A program made the translations under genes and the position numbers. Of a DNA stretch of 64,000 nt, positions 9,299 to 24,430 are shown piece by piece. This stretch comes from Candidatus Latescibacterota bacterium (GTDB lineage: Bacteria > Krumholzibacteriota > Krumholzibacteriia > WVZY01 > JAKEHA01). The stretch lies in the NCBI GenBank assembly GCA_963707635.1, contig OY970173.1, positions 2,560,001 to 2,624,000 on the forward strand, written 5' to 3'. The notes beneath the pieces were generated by a model, which made no database searches, was not told the origin of the DNA, and saw only the letters and a program-made list of their open reading frames with translations. How positions within the stretch are numbered: the first letter of the stretch is position 1; each line of letters starts with the position of its first letter.

Positions 9299-9468
9299 GG
9301 CCAACTCCGCCCGGCAAGCCCCGGCATCACGGGGGGCATCTCGTTCAAGAGCATGCAATTGCGAAACGATATCCACACTCGAACGCGTGGGCGCATACGA
9401 TACGCGGGCGGGCTAGTATTAAAAGGCGTGTAGACCCTAGCGGGAGTAGTGGCGTAACTGATAGGCAC

Positions 9469-9488
9469 GGAATCGGTTAACCGACTCC
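9469..9488. promoter_or_regulatory. Near-perfect 20-bp palindrome, candidate enhancer (UAS)
   Basis: GGAATCGGTTAACCGACTCC (one mismatched pair), ~200 bp upstream of the sRNA TSS. Confidence 0.45.
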
Positions 9489-9555
9489 AGCCGGCTATTA
9501 AAAAGTTTTATAGTAGAGAGGGGTGACCCGTCGCATGGGGTGCGACGGGAGCCGG

Positions 9556-12612
<3,057 letters not shown>

Positions 12613-12672
12613 CGATTCCCTCGAGCTAGTGGACTATCGTGTTTCAGCAACGGATCGCCGGGCAGAGGCCGC

Positions 12673-12948
12673 CTAGCGCATCCAGATCATGTACTTCCAC
12701 CACATCCCCACGAGGATCATCACGCGGTCGACACGCTGACCCGGTGCCAGACGTTCTTCGACCGTCACCTTGCCACTGCCGCCGCTGCCCATTCCGGACA
12801 ACCCGTCCGCGTCCCCTTGGTTGGAGCCGCCACCGCGGCCGGTGCCAACGGGCGTGGGAGCTGCATAACAGGAAGAGACATCCGGAAAGAGGGCGGAAGG
12901 CGACACGAGTGCCGCGATCATGAGGAGGACTATCGCCGCCCGTTTCAT
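12673..12948 (-). CDS. Small secreted protein / candidate signalling propeptide (91 aa)
   Basis: Strong RBS (GAGGAAGGAGAAGG); signal peptide MKRAAIVLLMIAALVSPSA; Gly-rich core with NQGDADG; Trp-rich hydrophobic C-terminus. Confidence 0.75.
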   Translation of the reverse strand: MKRAAIVLLMIAALVSPSALFPDVSSCYAAPTPVGTGRGGGSNQGDADGLSGMGSGGSGKVTVEERLAPGQRVDRVMILVGMWWKYMIWMR

Positions 12949-13044
12949 ACGTGACCTTCTCCTTCCTCTACAAGAGGATACGCGCGTTCTGGCGCCCGGC
13001 TTTAATTCTTACTAAATATATTCTTGCAGGTCATCCGCCGTCAA

Positions 13045-14430
<1,386 letters not shown>

Positions 14431-14563
14431 GCGGTCGTTCTTAATCGACGTCCAGACAAGAACATTGGGGGTTTTCTCTGTCTCTATGGATAGCACATTA
14501 CCTATAATTGAACCACACCGAATTCGGGTCCCGACCCGGGCCCGACCCGGCAAAGTACGCACC

Positions 14564-15631
14564 ATGGACCGTACCCACCTTCGAAACCTCCCTCTGGACG
14601 GGCTGCGCGAGCTCATGTCGACCCACGGCGAGCCCGAGTTCCGCTTTCGCCAGCTCGCGACCTGGGTCTACGCCCGGCTCGAAAGCCGCTTCGAGCACAT
14701 GAGCGACCTGCCGCTGGCGCTTCGCTCCGCGCTCGAGCAGTCGCACGAGGTCGCTTCGCTGCGCGTGGCCGCGGTCCAGGAATCCGCCGTCGACGGGACA
14801 CGGAAGTTTCTCTTCGAGCTGCGCGACGGCGGACGCATCGAGTCGGTGTTGATGCGCTATGACAAGCGGACGACGCTGTGCGTTTCGTCGCAGGTCGGCT
14901 GCCCGCTCGACTGCGTCTTCTGCGAGACCGCGAAGGGGAACTTCCTGCGCAACCTCACCGCCGGCGAGATCCTCGACCAGGTCTGCGCGCTCAAGCTGGA
15001 AGCGGGAGATCCGGGGCGCAAGGTCAACGTCGTGTTCATGGGAATGGGAGAGCCGCTGCTCAACCTGGAAGCGCTGGTTGCCGCGATTCGCGTGATGAAC
15101 GACCCGCTCGGGCTCAACCTGGGGGCGAGGCGGATCACGGTGTCGACGTCCAGCTTCCCCGACCGGATTCGCGAGCTCGCGGACAGCGACGCGGCCTGCT
15201 CGCTCGCGTTGTCGCTCAACGCGCCCAACGACGAAACCCGTCGCCGCCTCATGCCGAAGGCGGCGCGCTTCTCCATCGCGGAGCTGCTCGACGCGGCGCG
15301 TTATTTCGCGAGCGCGGGGCGCCGGCGCGTCACACTCGAATACGTCCTCATCCCGGGAATGAACATGAGCGACACCGACGCCGACCAGCTGGGGACGCTC
15401 GCGCACGGGCAGCCGTTCAAGCTCAACCTCATTCCCTACAATCCGGCGCGTCGGGATCCGTTCCCGCGCCCGGCCGAGACGGAGATCGACCGCTTCACCA
15501 CCCGCCTGTTGCCGGTGGCGCCGGCCGTGACCGTGCGCCGCAGCCGCGGCGTCGACATCGACGCCGCGTGCGGGCAACTCTGGAATGCATCACTCGTGGA
15601 AAGAAGAAAGCCTGTGAAAGGGGCAGCCTAG
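14564..15631 (+). CDS. rlmN: 23S rRNA/tRNA adenine C2-methyltransferase RlmN (radical SAM)
   Basis: SSQVGCPLDCVFC, MGMGEPLLN, DIDAACGQL. Confidence 0.95.
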   Translation: MDRTHLRNLPLDGLRELMSTHGEPEFRFRQLATWVYARLESRFEHMSDLPLALRSALEQSHEVASLRVAAVQESAVDGTRKFLFELRDGGRIESVLMRYDKRTTLCVSSQVGCPLDCVFCETAKGNFLRNLTAGEILDQVCALKLEAGDPGRKVNVVFMGMGEPLLNLEALVAAIRVMNDPLGLNLGARRITVSTSSFPDRIRELADSDAACSLALSLNAPNDETRRRLMPKAARFSIAELLDAARYFASAGRRRVTLEYVLIPGMNMSDTDADQLGTLAHGQPFKLNLIPYNPARRDPFPRPAETEIDRFTTRLLPVAPAVTVRRSRGVDIDAACGQLWNASLVERRKPVKGAA

Positions 15632-15707
15632 CGCGGTTGGGGAGGAAATGGTGCCACCCCCTTCACAGGTCGTCGCCCGGGGAGGAGAAGGGGCGACGTC
15701 GATTCGT

Positions 15708-16766
15708 TTACTTCAGGAGCACCAGCTTCAGCGTCTCCCGTTCGTCGCCCACCTGGATCGACGCGTAATAGGTGTTGCTCGCCACCCGATTCCCGGACTC
15801 GTCGCGGCCGTCCCAGCGCACCACGAAATCACCGGACGCGGAGCCGGAATGGAGGTCGCGCACCAAAGCGCCCGTCACCGCGTACACGCGGATCGAGACC
15901 GGAGCGCCGCGCTCCTGGAACTCGGCCGGCATGGCGATGCGAATCTCGGTTTCCGGATTGAACGGGTTGGGATAGCTGCTCGCGATGACGGCGTGCCTGG
16001 CGACGCCGTCCGGGCGCGCGACGCGCACGTAGAACTCTTCCAGGCCGCCGACGGAATTCGGATTGACCAGCTCGGTGTTCTCCTGCTGGCCGTCGAACGC
16101 GGCGAGCGAGCCGCCAAAGAGCACACGAAAGTCCTCGGCGAAGATCTCCTTGGGGCGGTACGCGTGGGGCGACGACTCGCTGAAGCGGGTCGCGTCGGCG
16201 ATGTTGCGCAGCTGGCGGTACTCGGTCCAAGCCGCGGAACCGTCGGGCATGAAGCGATTGTGGAACGCGTGCCCGAGCTCGTGCGCGACGATGTACTCGC
16301 CGACGGCCGGATCGATCGCGAGCACGTGCGGGGAGAGGAAGATCTCGTTGCCGCTGGTCGAACTGACCAGCAGGTTGCGCCGCGGGTACGGCAGCAGGTA
16401 GACGCGCACGCTCAACCGCATCCACGGGTGCTGAACCGCCCGCAGCGCCTCTTCGACCTGCCCGTCCGTGAAGGGGTGAAACGTCCCGTCGCCTTTGTTG
16501 TAGATCGACGGATCGTTGATGTTGGTGGTGACCGGGACGAGGCGGCCGTCGTCGAGCTGGATGGCGGAGCCCTCGCTCGTGGTCGTGATCCGATCGCTCA
16601 GGTAGTCCGACGGTACGATCGTCGCCGAGAGGCCATTGGGGAGGACGAGGGTTCGGGGCGCCGACGAGGCGAAGCCGGCGGAAGCCTGGACCAACAGAAG
16701 GACCCCGGCAACCGATCCTGCACGGACTGATTGCGATATCCCGGTGATCGTACGGTAAGTACCCAT
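15708..16766 (-). CDS. Secreted zincin-like metallopeptidase with FlgD-Ig CTD
   Basis: VAHELGHAFH, downstream EIFAEDF; YPNPFNP...WDGRD CTD; GGGAGG RBS. Confidence 0.8.
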   Translation of the reverse strand: MGTYRTITGISQSVRAGSVAGVLLLVQASAGFASSAPRTLVLPNGLSATIVPSDYLSDRITTTSEGSAIQLDDGRLVPVTTNINDPSIYNKGDGTFHPFTDGQVEEALRAVQHPWMRLSVRVYLLPYPRRNLLVSSTSGNEIFLSPHVLAIDPAVGEYIVAHELGHAFHNRFMPDGSAAWTEYRQLRNIADATRFSESSPHAYRPKEIFAEDFRVLFGGSLAAFDGQQENTELVNPNSVGGLEEFYVRVARPDGVARHAVIASSYPNPFNPETEIRIAMPAEFQERGAPVSIRVYAVTGALVRDLHSGSASGDFVVRWDGRDESGNRVASNTYYASIQVGDERETLKLVLLK

Positions 16767-16787
16767 TTGCCTCCCAACTGGTGAGAC

Positions 16788-16803
16788 TGCAACGGGTATT
16801 CCC
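16788..16803 (-). promoter_or_regulatory. Possible sigma-54 promoter of the zincin gene
   Basis: GGGAAT-ACCCG-TTGCA keeps GG-N10-GC spacing; implied TSS ~16777 lies just before the RBS; AT-rich tract at 16861-16890. Confidence 0.45.
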
Positions 16804-17031
16804 CGGGAGCCTGGGCTGGCCGGTGACCAGACGGTTAGCCGCCGGGTGCCCGGGAAGCACTCTTATAACGCCATATATTAAAATAGGTTACTTAGCGTGT
16901 ACGCGACGAGACAGCTTTATTGGATTGGGCCGAATTGCGCGCGCCGATGCGTCACGAACCCGGTGGGAGCACCTGGATGTGGGGGTTTCAAGCAGGCGCG
17001 CGCCCGGCCCCGGGGGTTCACACCCAGCGGG

Positions 17032-18357
17032 CTAGAAGTTGAGGCCGGTCGAGAAGTACGGGCGGATCGTGCCCTCGCGGGTGAAGCCGACGTCCACGCG
17101 GACGACGTCCTGGATGGGCGAAAAGAGGCGGACACCCACGCCGAACCCGCTGTGGAAGTTGTCGAGGGCGAACTCCGGCGGGGTCGTCCACCCAAGGCCC
17201 GTGTCGATGAACGTCACCAGCCCGAACTGGAAGTCGGTGGTTCCGAGAAAGGGCAGCCGGTAGAGCTGTTTCGGCCAGGGCATGATCCGAAGTTCCAGCG
17301 ACTGGATCCAGCGGTGCGCGGAACGGAAGTCGCTGCGTTCGTAGCCGCGGATCGTGGACGGACCGCCGATGCCGAAGCGAAAGTAGTCCGGGTATTCCCC
17401 CATCTGTACGGTCAGGACCGAATGCGCGGCCAGCACCGTATAGGCGTCGAGCGCGTGAAACAACCGGAGGTCGTTGTCGAGGCGGTAGTAGTTCGTCCCC
17501 TGGGTGTCGAAGGCGCGGTTGCCCAGAATATTGACATAGAAATACACGCCCTGCCGGGGCTTCACGGTCCCGTCGCGGTCGTCGAAGCGAAACCCGATCG
17601 AGGGCGAGAGCAGGTTCTCCTCGACGGCGTCAGTGGTGTTCAGGCCGATATGGTTGTTCGCGATCGCCAGCCCGAAAATCAGCTGCGAGAACTTGATTCG
17701 ACTGCGGGTGAGGGGGACGGAGGTGGACAGCTGGGCGCGCGTCTGCTCCATGATGGTGGGCGTCGACGTGGGCTCGTGCCGGTTGAAATAGGAGATCCGT
17801 GAACCGAAGCCGACGTGCTTCCACCCCAGCCAGCTGGTCGACCAACCGGCGGATGCGTTGACATTCTCGCGGTTGTCGCGCACCACATCGACGGAGAGGT
17901 CCTCGAGTCGGCGTCGGAAGTTGCGGTCGTGCCACTTGAGCCCGTAGACCAGGCGCTCGGTGTTGATGTCGTAGTCGAGTACCGGATAGATGAGGTTCAG
18001 GAGCAGCGTCGGGCGTTCGGTCACGACCACGTGCAGCACGCAGCGGTCCTCGCCGACCGGCTCGACGTGGATCGCGACGGTTGCAAACGGGCTCAGGTCG
18101 CCCACGTAGCGCTGGTCGCGGTCGAGCGCGTGCGCGTCGAGCCGTCCGCCGGTCCGCGACTCCATTTCGCGCAGCACGGCGATGGTCTTCACCCGCGAAT
18201 TGCCGTGGACGTAGACGGTGTCGATGCTCCGTCCCTCGGCCCATCGGTACGCGTCGACGTCGAAGCGCTGGGTATCAGCCCGGGACTGCGGGGGGGAAAG
18301 GCCGACCGCGAGGAGCGAAAGCAACAACGTCACGCCACCGGGCACGGGCGACCGCAT
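17032..18357 (-). CDS. Omp85 (BamA/TamA-family) outer-membrane protein with one POTRA domain
   Basis: GNSRVK...REM POTRA; GGPSTIRGY loop-6 motif; C-terminal F. Confidence 0.85.
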   Translation of the reverse strand: MRSPVPGGVTLLLSLLAVGLSPPQSRADTQRFDVDAYRWAEGRSIDTVYVHGNSRVKTIAVLREMESRTGGRLDAHALDRDQRYVGDLSPFATVAIHVEPVGEDRCVLHVVVTERPTLLLNLIYPVLDYDINTERLVYGLKWHDRNFRRRLEDLSVDVVRDNRENVNASAGWSTSWLGWKHVGFGSRISYFNRHEPTSTPTIMEQTRAQLSTSVPLTRSRIKFSQLIFGLAIANNHIGLNTTDAVEENLLSPSIGFRFDDRDGTVKPRQGVYFYVNILGNRAFDTQGTNYYRLDNDLRLFHALDAYTVLAAHSVLTVQMGEYPDYFRFGIGGPSTIRGYERSDFRSAHRWIQSLELRIMPWPKQLYRLPFLGTTDFQFGLVTFIDTGLGWTTPPEFALDNFHSGFGVGVRLFSPIQDVVRVDVGFTREGTIRPYFSTGLNF

Positions 18358-18420
18358 ACGCTACAAGCATACGTCGCGGGCGGCGGGAGCGCGAAAGGAA
18401 TAAATTGCGGATGGGGCCGT

Positions 18421-19581
18421 CTAAGCGGCGGGAGCGCCGGCCGGTTCCGCCGCGACGTACGCGGTTGGGGGCACGGTTCCGACGGGTCGCGAGCCGAACC
18501 GGCTGACGACGATGGCGCCCAGGCCGACGATGTAGGCGAAGAGCCACACCAGCCCGCTCAGCACCTTCATCGTCACCCACAACGGCATCGTGCCTCTGCC
18601 GATCGCGTCGAGCACGAAGGCGATCAATTCTGGGATGCAGAGGATCGCAAGCCCGAGAATCAGCCGGGTGAACACGCCGGCGCCGAGACCCGCGCGATCC
18701 GCGAACACGCGCCCCGTGCTGTAGACGAACGTCGCGCAGGCGATGACGTAGACCCCGACGCAGCTGATCGCCAGGATCGCCGCCAGCGGAATCCCGATGA
18801 CGAAGATGATCAGCGGGATCATCACCATCAGCAGCGCGAACAGCCCGCCGATGGAGGTGAGCACTCCCACCCCGAAGCACCGGAGCAGCCCGGCCGTGAT
18901 GTGGTCGCTCGCCCGCTCCACGCGCGTGCGCAGAAAGAGAATCGTGATGAAGAACAGGACCAGCGCCACGAAGATGGTGATACCGCTCAGGACCGTGCGC
19001 ACCCCCCGGGTGCTCATGTTCAGGTAGTCGCCGATGGTCCCCGCGACCCCGCCGATCAGAATCTTCTCCCCGCGGATGACGACTTCCTCGTCCTCCTCGA
19101 TGGAACCGCCGATTGCGACGATGTCGCCGCGAATCTCGGCGCCGCGTCGCGCCCGGATCTCGCCACCCAGGACGACCACGGAGCCCGCCACCGTTCCCTC
19201 GATGATGGCATTGCCGCCGAAGACGACGATGTCGCCCGCGACCACTTCGTCGCTGGCCACGAAAACGCTCTCGCCTACTTTGACGATGTCCTCGCCGTAG
19301 TCGCCCCGGTCGTCGTTGAAGTCGAAGTCGAAGGTGACGCCCTCGGAGTCGGAATCGGACTCGACCGAGATGCCCTCGTCGTCGATGCGCACGCCGCTTC
19401 CGCCGATGACGATTTTCTTGCGCACCGGCGGTTCCGGCGGCGTGGGCGGCGTGGGGACGCTCACGGATGCGGAATCGGGCGGAGGCGTCGACGCGACGCG
19501 CGTCTTGCGAGCCGACACCGGCGGTGCCGCCAGCGCGATGCACACCAGCGCGAACAGGATGCTAGAAGCTAAACGTCGCAT
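18421..19581 (-). CDS. Bactofilin-like beta-repeat membrane protein
   Basis: Signal peptide; GDIVVFGG/GSVVVLGG/GDIVAIGG repeats; several C-terminal TM helices. Confidence 0.75.
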   Translation of the reverse strand: MRRLASSILFALVCIALAAPPVSARKTRVASTPPPDSASVSVPTPPTPPEPPVRKKIVIGGSGVRIDDEGISVESDSDSEGVTFDFDFNDDRGDYGEDIVKVGESVFVASDEVVAGDIVVFGGNAIIEGTVAGSVVVLGGEIRARRGAEIRGDIVAIGGSIEEDEEVVIRGEKILIGGVAGTIGDYLNMSTRGVRTVLSGITIFVALVLFFITILFLRTRVERASDHITAGLLRCFGVGVLTSIGGLFALLMVMIPLIIFVIGIPLAAILAISCVGVYVIACATFVYSTGRVFADRAGLGAGVFTRLILGLAILCIPELIAFVLDAIGRGTMPLWVTMKVLSGLVWLFAYIVGLGAIVVSRFGSRPVGTVPPTAYVAAEPAGAPAA

Positions 19582-20185
19582 GCCCCGAATGCCTCTTTCT
19601 GCGCATGACCACCGACATCGAGTACCCTACGACCCCCACCGCGAGCGCCGCAAGCAGGAACGTGCCGGGAGAAACCAGCGCGCTCGCCGCGTGCGCGACG
19701 GTCTTGGCCGTGCGCGCGTAGGGGTCGAAACTCACCGCCGCCGCCACGCCCCCGGCGGCACCCTGCAGCCACAGCACGCCGCGCGCGACCGCTTCGGTGA
19801 TGCCCGCCAGCGACCCGCGCGTTCCCGTCAGAATGAACCCCACCGGCACATACAACACGGCCACCGCGATCAGCGCCGCGGCCGGATAGCGCACGCGCGC
19901 CGGCAGGCCCAGGAACGCGTCCGTCGCGCGGCGCAGAACCGGGAACCTGGGCTCGTGGACGAGGCCCTCGGCGCGAAGGTGCGCCATCACCGCGACGTTC
20001 AGCCGGCTCGGCGCCTCGAAGCGCGGCATCGCGCGCAGCACGCCGAATACTTCCCGGTACTCGATCACGTCGGCCTCGCACGCGGCGCATTCGGTCACGT
20101 GATAGACGAACTCGTTGCGTTCGAGGTTCGCCAGGCGGCCTTCGAGATACGGCTGGATGAGATTCTTCGCGGTTTCGCAGTTCAT
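19562..20185 (-). CDS. zf-HC2 zinc-binding anti-sigma factor
   Basis: MNCE...YLEG.L...HVTECAAC (HxxxCxxC) plus TM helices. Confidence 0.85.
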   Translation of the reverse strand: MNCETAKNLIQPYLEGRLANLERNEFVYHVTECAACEADVIEYREVFGVLRAMPRFEAPSRLNVAVMAHLRAEGLVHEPRFPVLRRATDAFLGLPARVRYPAAALIAVAVLYVPVGFILTGTRGSLAGITEAVARGVLWLQGAAGGVAAAVSFDPYARTAKTVAHAASALVSPGTFLLAALAVGVVGYSMSVVMRRKRHSGHATFSF

Positions 20186-20192
20186 GGCTCGC

Positions 20193-21311
20193 TCACCGTT
20201 CGGTCTTGGTCGCCGCCTCGTTCTTTTCCGAGATGCCCACGTCGCCGCTCGCGGTTTCGATTGTGATCTGCGCGGTGGCGGTGCCGACGGTCCCCTGCAG
20301 GCGGCGACGGTCGACGCGGCTGACGCGGATCGGGAGGTCGCACTCGATCGAGCCGCTGCTGGTCTGGACGTCGAGGTCGAACCCGTAGTCCTTCACCGGC
20401 AGGTAGGAGAGGTCGATGTCGCCGCTGGAGGCGCTCAGGCGAAACACCCGGCTCCCGACCGGGATGATGAAGGCGCTGATGTCGCCGCTCGAGGTGCTGG
20501 CGTCGACGGCCCCGTCGATCTCCGTCAAGAGCGCGTCTCCGCTCGAGGCCCGGAACCACACGTCGCCGCTGCATCCCTCGAGAATGAAATCGCCGCTCAC
20601 GAGCTCGACCCTGGCGCCGCGCCCGATGCGCGCGGCGCGAAAGTCGCCGCTGGTCCCGTCGACGTCGAGCCGGCCCTTCACGTTGTCGATTACCACATTG
20701 CCGCTGGTCGCCGTCACGGACAAGTCGCCGCCGACGTCGACTATTTCGAGATCCCCGCTGGTGAGGCGGGCAACCACGTTGCCGGCCACACCGTGAATGT
20801 TGACGTCGCCGCTGGTCGCGTCGACTTCCGACTTGCCGCCGATGTTCGACAACCGGATCTCTCCGCTGGTGGTCGAAACGGCCACGTTGAACGCGTAGGG
20901 CACTTCAATTGTATAGTCGATCCACGCCATCCGCCGCGATCCCTTTACGGCCTGGAAAATGGTCCAGCGCCCGTCGTCGGTCCGGTTGCCGTCGCGCGTC
21001 TCGATCACGACTTCGTTGCCGTGCTCGGAGACTTCGCACGAGATCTTGTCGAGCATGGCCTGGGCGTCGGCGTCGTCACGGCCCACGACGACCCGCGTCG
21101 CCAGGATCGAAACCGTGGTCGCGTCGGAGCGCCCGACCACGACCGTGCGTCCGCGCGGGTTCTTCACGGTGAGCTCGGTCTTGCCCGTCCCGGACGCGGT
21201 GAACTTCTCTTCGCGTTCGACCTTGTTGCCGGGATCCGCCTTCAGCGGCGCTACGGCGAGGATACAGCCGAGCGCGGCCAGCGCGGCGATGCGGTGAATC
21301 TTGATGTTCAT
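20193..21311 (-). CDS. DUF4097-type beta-strand repeat (adhesin-like) protein
   Basis: Many (T/S)SG(D/E/N) repeats; signal peptide. Confidence 0.85.
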   Translation of the reverse strand: MNIKIHRIAALAALGCILAVAPLKADPGNKVEREEKFTASGTGKTELTVKNPRGRTVVVGRSDATTVSILATRVVVGRDDADAQAMLDKISCEVSEHGNEVVIETRDGNRTDDGRWTIFQAVKGSRRMAWIDYTIEVPYAFNVAVSTTSGEIRLSNIGGKSEVDATSGDVNIHGVAGNVVARLTSGDLEIVDVGGDLSVTATSGNVVIDNVKGRLDVDGTSGDFRAARIGRGARVELVSGDFILEGCSGDVWFRASSGDALLTEIDGAVDASTSSGDISAFIIPVGSRVFRLSASSGDIDLSYLPVKDYGFDLDVQTSSGSIECDLPIRVSRVDRRRLQGTVGTATAQITIETASGDVGISEKNEAATKTER

Positions 21312-21372
21312 TTGAGTGCCTCCCTGTTCCCCAGACGACCAGGGACCATTCCTTGCCTATCGCACGGGAATC

Positions 21373-21397
21373 TACGGCCAAACGGTGGCAAAAGTTC
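21373..21397 (-). promoter_or_regulatory. Candidate ECF sigma promoter
   Basis: GAAC-N17-CGTA on the minus strand, between the ECF sigma gene and the DUF4097/anti-sigma genes. Confidence 0.55.
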
Positions 21398-21486
21398 GCC
21401 CCGGCCAAAACTTTCTTCCCACCCCCACGGGACCCGCCCCGAAGCCGGCACACAAGTCATTATTTTGCATCATACTACGCCCATGG

Positions 21487-22089
21487 TCATTGAAAGAAAT
21501 CCGTTTCGCCCAGTATTCCCTTCAGCATCTCCCGCGCCCGGTGGATCCGGGCCTTGACGGTCCCCAGCGGGATCGAGAGCGACTCGGCGATCTCTTCGTA
21601 CGAGAGGTCCTCCTGGTGGCGCAGGATCAGCATGATCCGGTAGTGCTCCGGCAGCGCGCCGATCGCCGTCTCCAGCCGCTCCATCTTCTCGTTGCGAACC
21701 AGCTCCTCTTCCGGCGTCATGTCGGGCGAGACGTACTGGCGCTGGATCTCGCCCTGTTCGCCGTCGACCGGCGCGTCCATCGCCAGGGTGTGAATCCTGC
21801 GCTTGCGCAGGTGGTCGATGCAGAGGTTCGAGGTGATCTTGAAGAGCCAGCTGGAGAACGCGTACGCCGAGTTGTAGCGATCCAGCGAGGCGAATACCTT
21901 GATGAAGGACTCCTGGGCCAGGTCGGCCGCCTCGTCGCGGTTGCGCACCATGCGCAGGCAGATGGTGAATACTGGGCGTTCGTAGCGTTCGAGGAGCACG
22001 CGGTAGGCGCGCTCCTCGCCCGACCGAGCCCGGGCGACGAGCTGGACGTCCTCTTCTCTGACGGCACGTTTCGCGTCCACAGACGACAT
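21487..22089 (-). CDS. ECF RNA polymerase sigma factor (SigW/RpoE-like)
   Basis: DLAQESFIK, FSSWLFKI..NLCIDHLRK, LSYEEIAE.L.IPLGTVKARIHRAR. The start at ATG 22089 is estimated. Confidence 0.92.
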   Translation of the reverse strand: MSSVDAKRAVREEDVQLVARARSGEERAYRVLLERYERPVFTICLRMVRNRDEAADLAQESFIKVFASLDRYNSAYAFSSWLFKITSNLCIDHLRKRRIHTLAMDAPVDGEQGEIQRQYVSPDMTPEEELVRNEKMERLETAIGALPEHYRIMLILRHQEDLSYEEIAESLSIPLGTVKARIHRAREMLKGILGETDFFQ

Positions 22090-22291
22090 CAGGTAGCCAT
22101 GCCGCGCCCGCCACGGGAAGCGGACAGACATACACATGGCGCGATCGCCGATCTGGCGAAGGCGCCGTTCTGACGTTGAGAGGGCGGGTAACGCGCTGCG
22201 GCAGGAGCGCGGCGAGCCGCCGTGACATGCGAGGCCGTTCGGATGATAGTGCGCTCGAAGCAAATGCTACAAGCACTTAGGCTGATTTATG

Positions 22292-22321
22292 TTGACACAT
22301 TTTGGGGTACATTTCTAGAGT
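22292..22321 (+). promoter_or_regulatory. Sigma-70-type promoter upstream of eno
   Basis: TTGACA-N18-TAGAGT. Confidence 0.5.
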
Positions 22322-22405
22322 CTGTTCGCTCTTCAATCAACAATTCAGACGACTGCGGTCCCGAAGAGGCGCCCGAGGCGGACGCCCGCATCGCGCCCGG
22401 GGTGA

Positions 22406-23692
<1,287 letters not shown>

Positions 23693-23713
23693 AGACACCG
23701 AGGAGGCTTGAAC

Positions 23714-24169
23714 ATGCGGTACTGGGAAGCCGACCGGGAGAATACCATCGAGTCTCGCGAGGAGACGTTTCGCGATTTTCGGCCGCGCCCTCGCGCGAGT
23801 ACGTCGGGTTCGGTGGTGATGAGCGGCGGCAGCGTGGGCCCGTTTCTCCGGCGCTTCTACCGCCACCAGGTGGTCGTGAGCGGGCCGGTGCAGCGCTTCT
23901 TTCTGTTCCTCCTGCTCGCCGGCTTGATCTACGCCTTCGTCCTGGGAGACGGCGGCGCGATCCGGATCACGATGTTGCGACACGAGCGTTCGAGCCTCGA
24001 CCGGCACCTGGCCGAGCTGGCACACAACGCGGCGCTCCTCGAGACCGAAGTCGCACGCATGGACAACGATCCCTTCTATATCGAGAAGACCGGCCGGGAG
24101 CGCTACGGCTACATCCGCCCCGGCGACAAGGTCGTCAAGATCGTCACGCCGGAACAGGCCTCGGACTGA
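23714..24169 (+). CDS. ftsB: FtsB/DivIC septum formation initiator
   Basis: TM helix, coiled coil, IEK.GRERYGYIRPGD; typical eno-ftsB synteny; AGGAGG RBS. Confidence 0.85.
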   Translation: MRYWEADRENTIESREETFRDFRPRPRASTSGSVVMSGGSVGPFLRRFYRHQVVVSGPVQRFFLFLLLAGLIYAFVLGDGGAIRITMLRHERSSLDRHLAELAHNAALLETEVARMDNDPFYIEKTGRERYGYIRPGDKVVKIVTPEQASD

Positions 24170-24175
24170 TCCGCG

Positions 24176-24430
24176 CTACAAATCCTCACCCCACGACGCC
24201 AGGATGCGGCGCTTCTTGGCTTCGTCGAAATCCTGGCCGTAGAACCGGAGAAACACGTACTTGCGCATGTGCGCCTCTGCCCCCGCGCCATGCTCGGCGG
24301 CAATTCCCGCGCGTGCCAGGGCCTTTGCGGCATCGAACATTCCACCCGCCATCGCGAAGCGCTCCTCGGGTGAGCGTGCCGCCATCAACGCGCGCATTCG
24401 TGCATCGGCTTGCGCGCCGGTGTCCTTCAT
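24176..24430 (-). CDS. Small helical protein coupled to the nucleotidyltransferase (putative antitoxin/partner)
   Basis: ATGA overlap with the upstream gene; 84 aa; SPEERF.M...M pattern. Confidence 0.7.
   Translation of the reverse strand: MKDTGAQADARMRALMAARSPEERFAMAGGMFDAAKALARAGIAAEHGAGAEAHMRKYVFLRFYGQDFDEAKKRRILASWGEDL

Noticed and set aside
9061..9468. 135-aa minus-strand ORF and small + ORFs across the sRNA region
   Set aside because: No RBS or motifs, and it runs through the promoter; the dense base-pairing is better explained as RNA structure.
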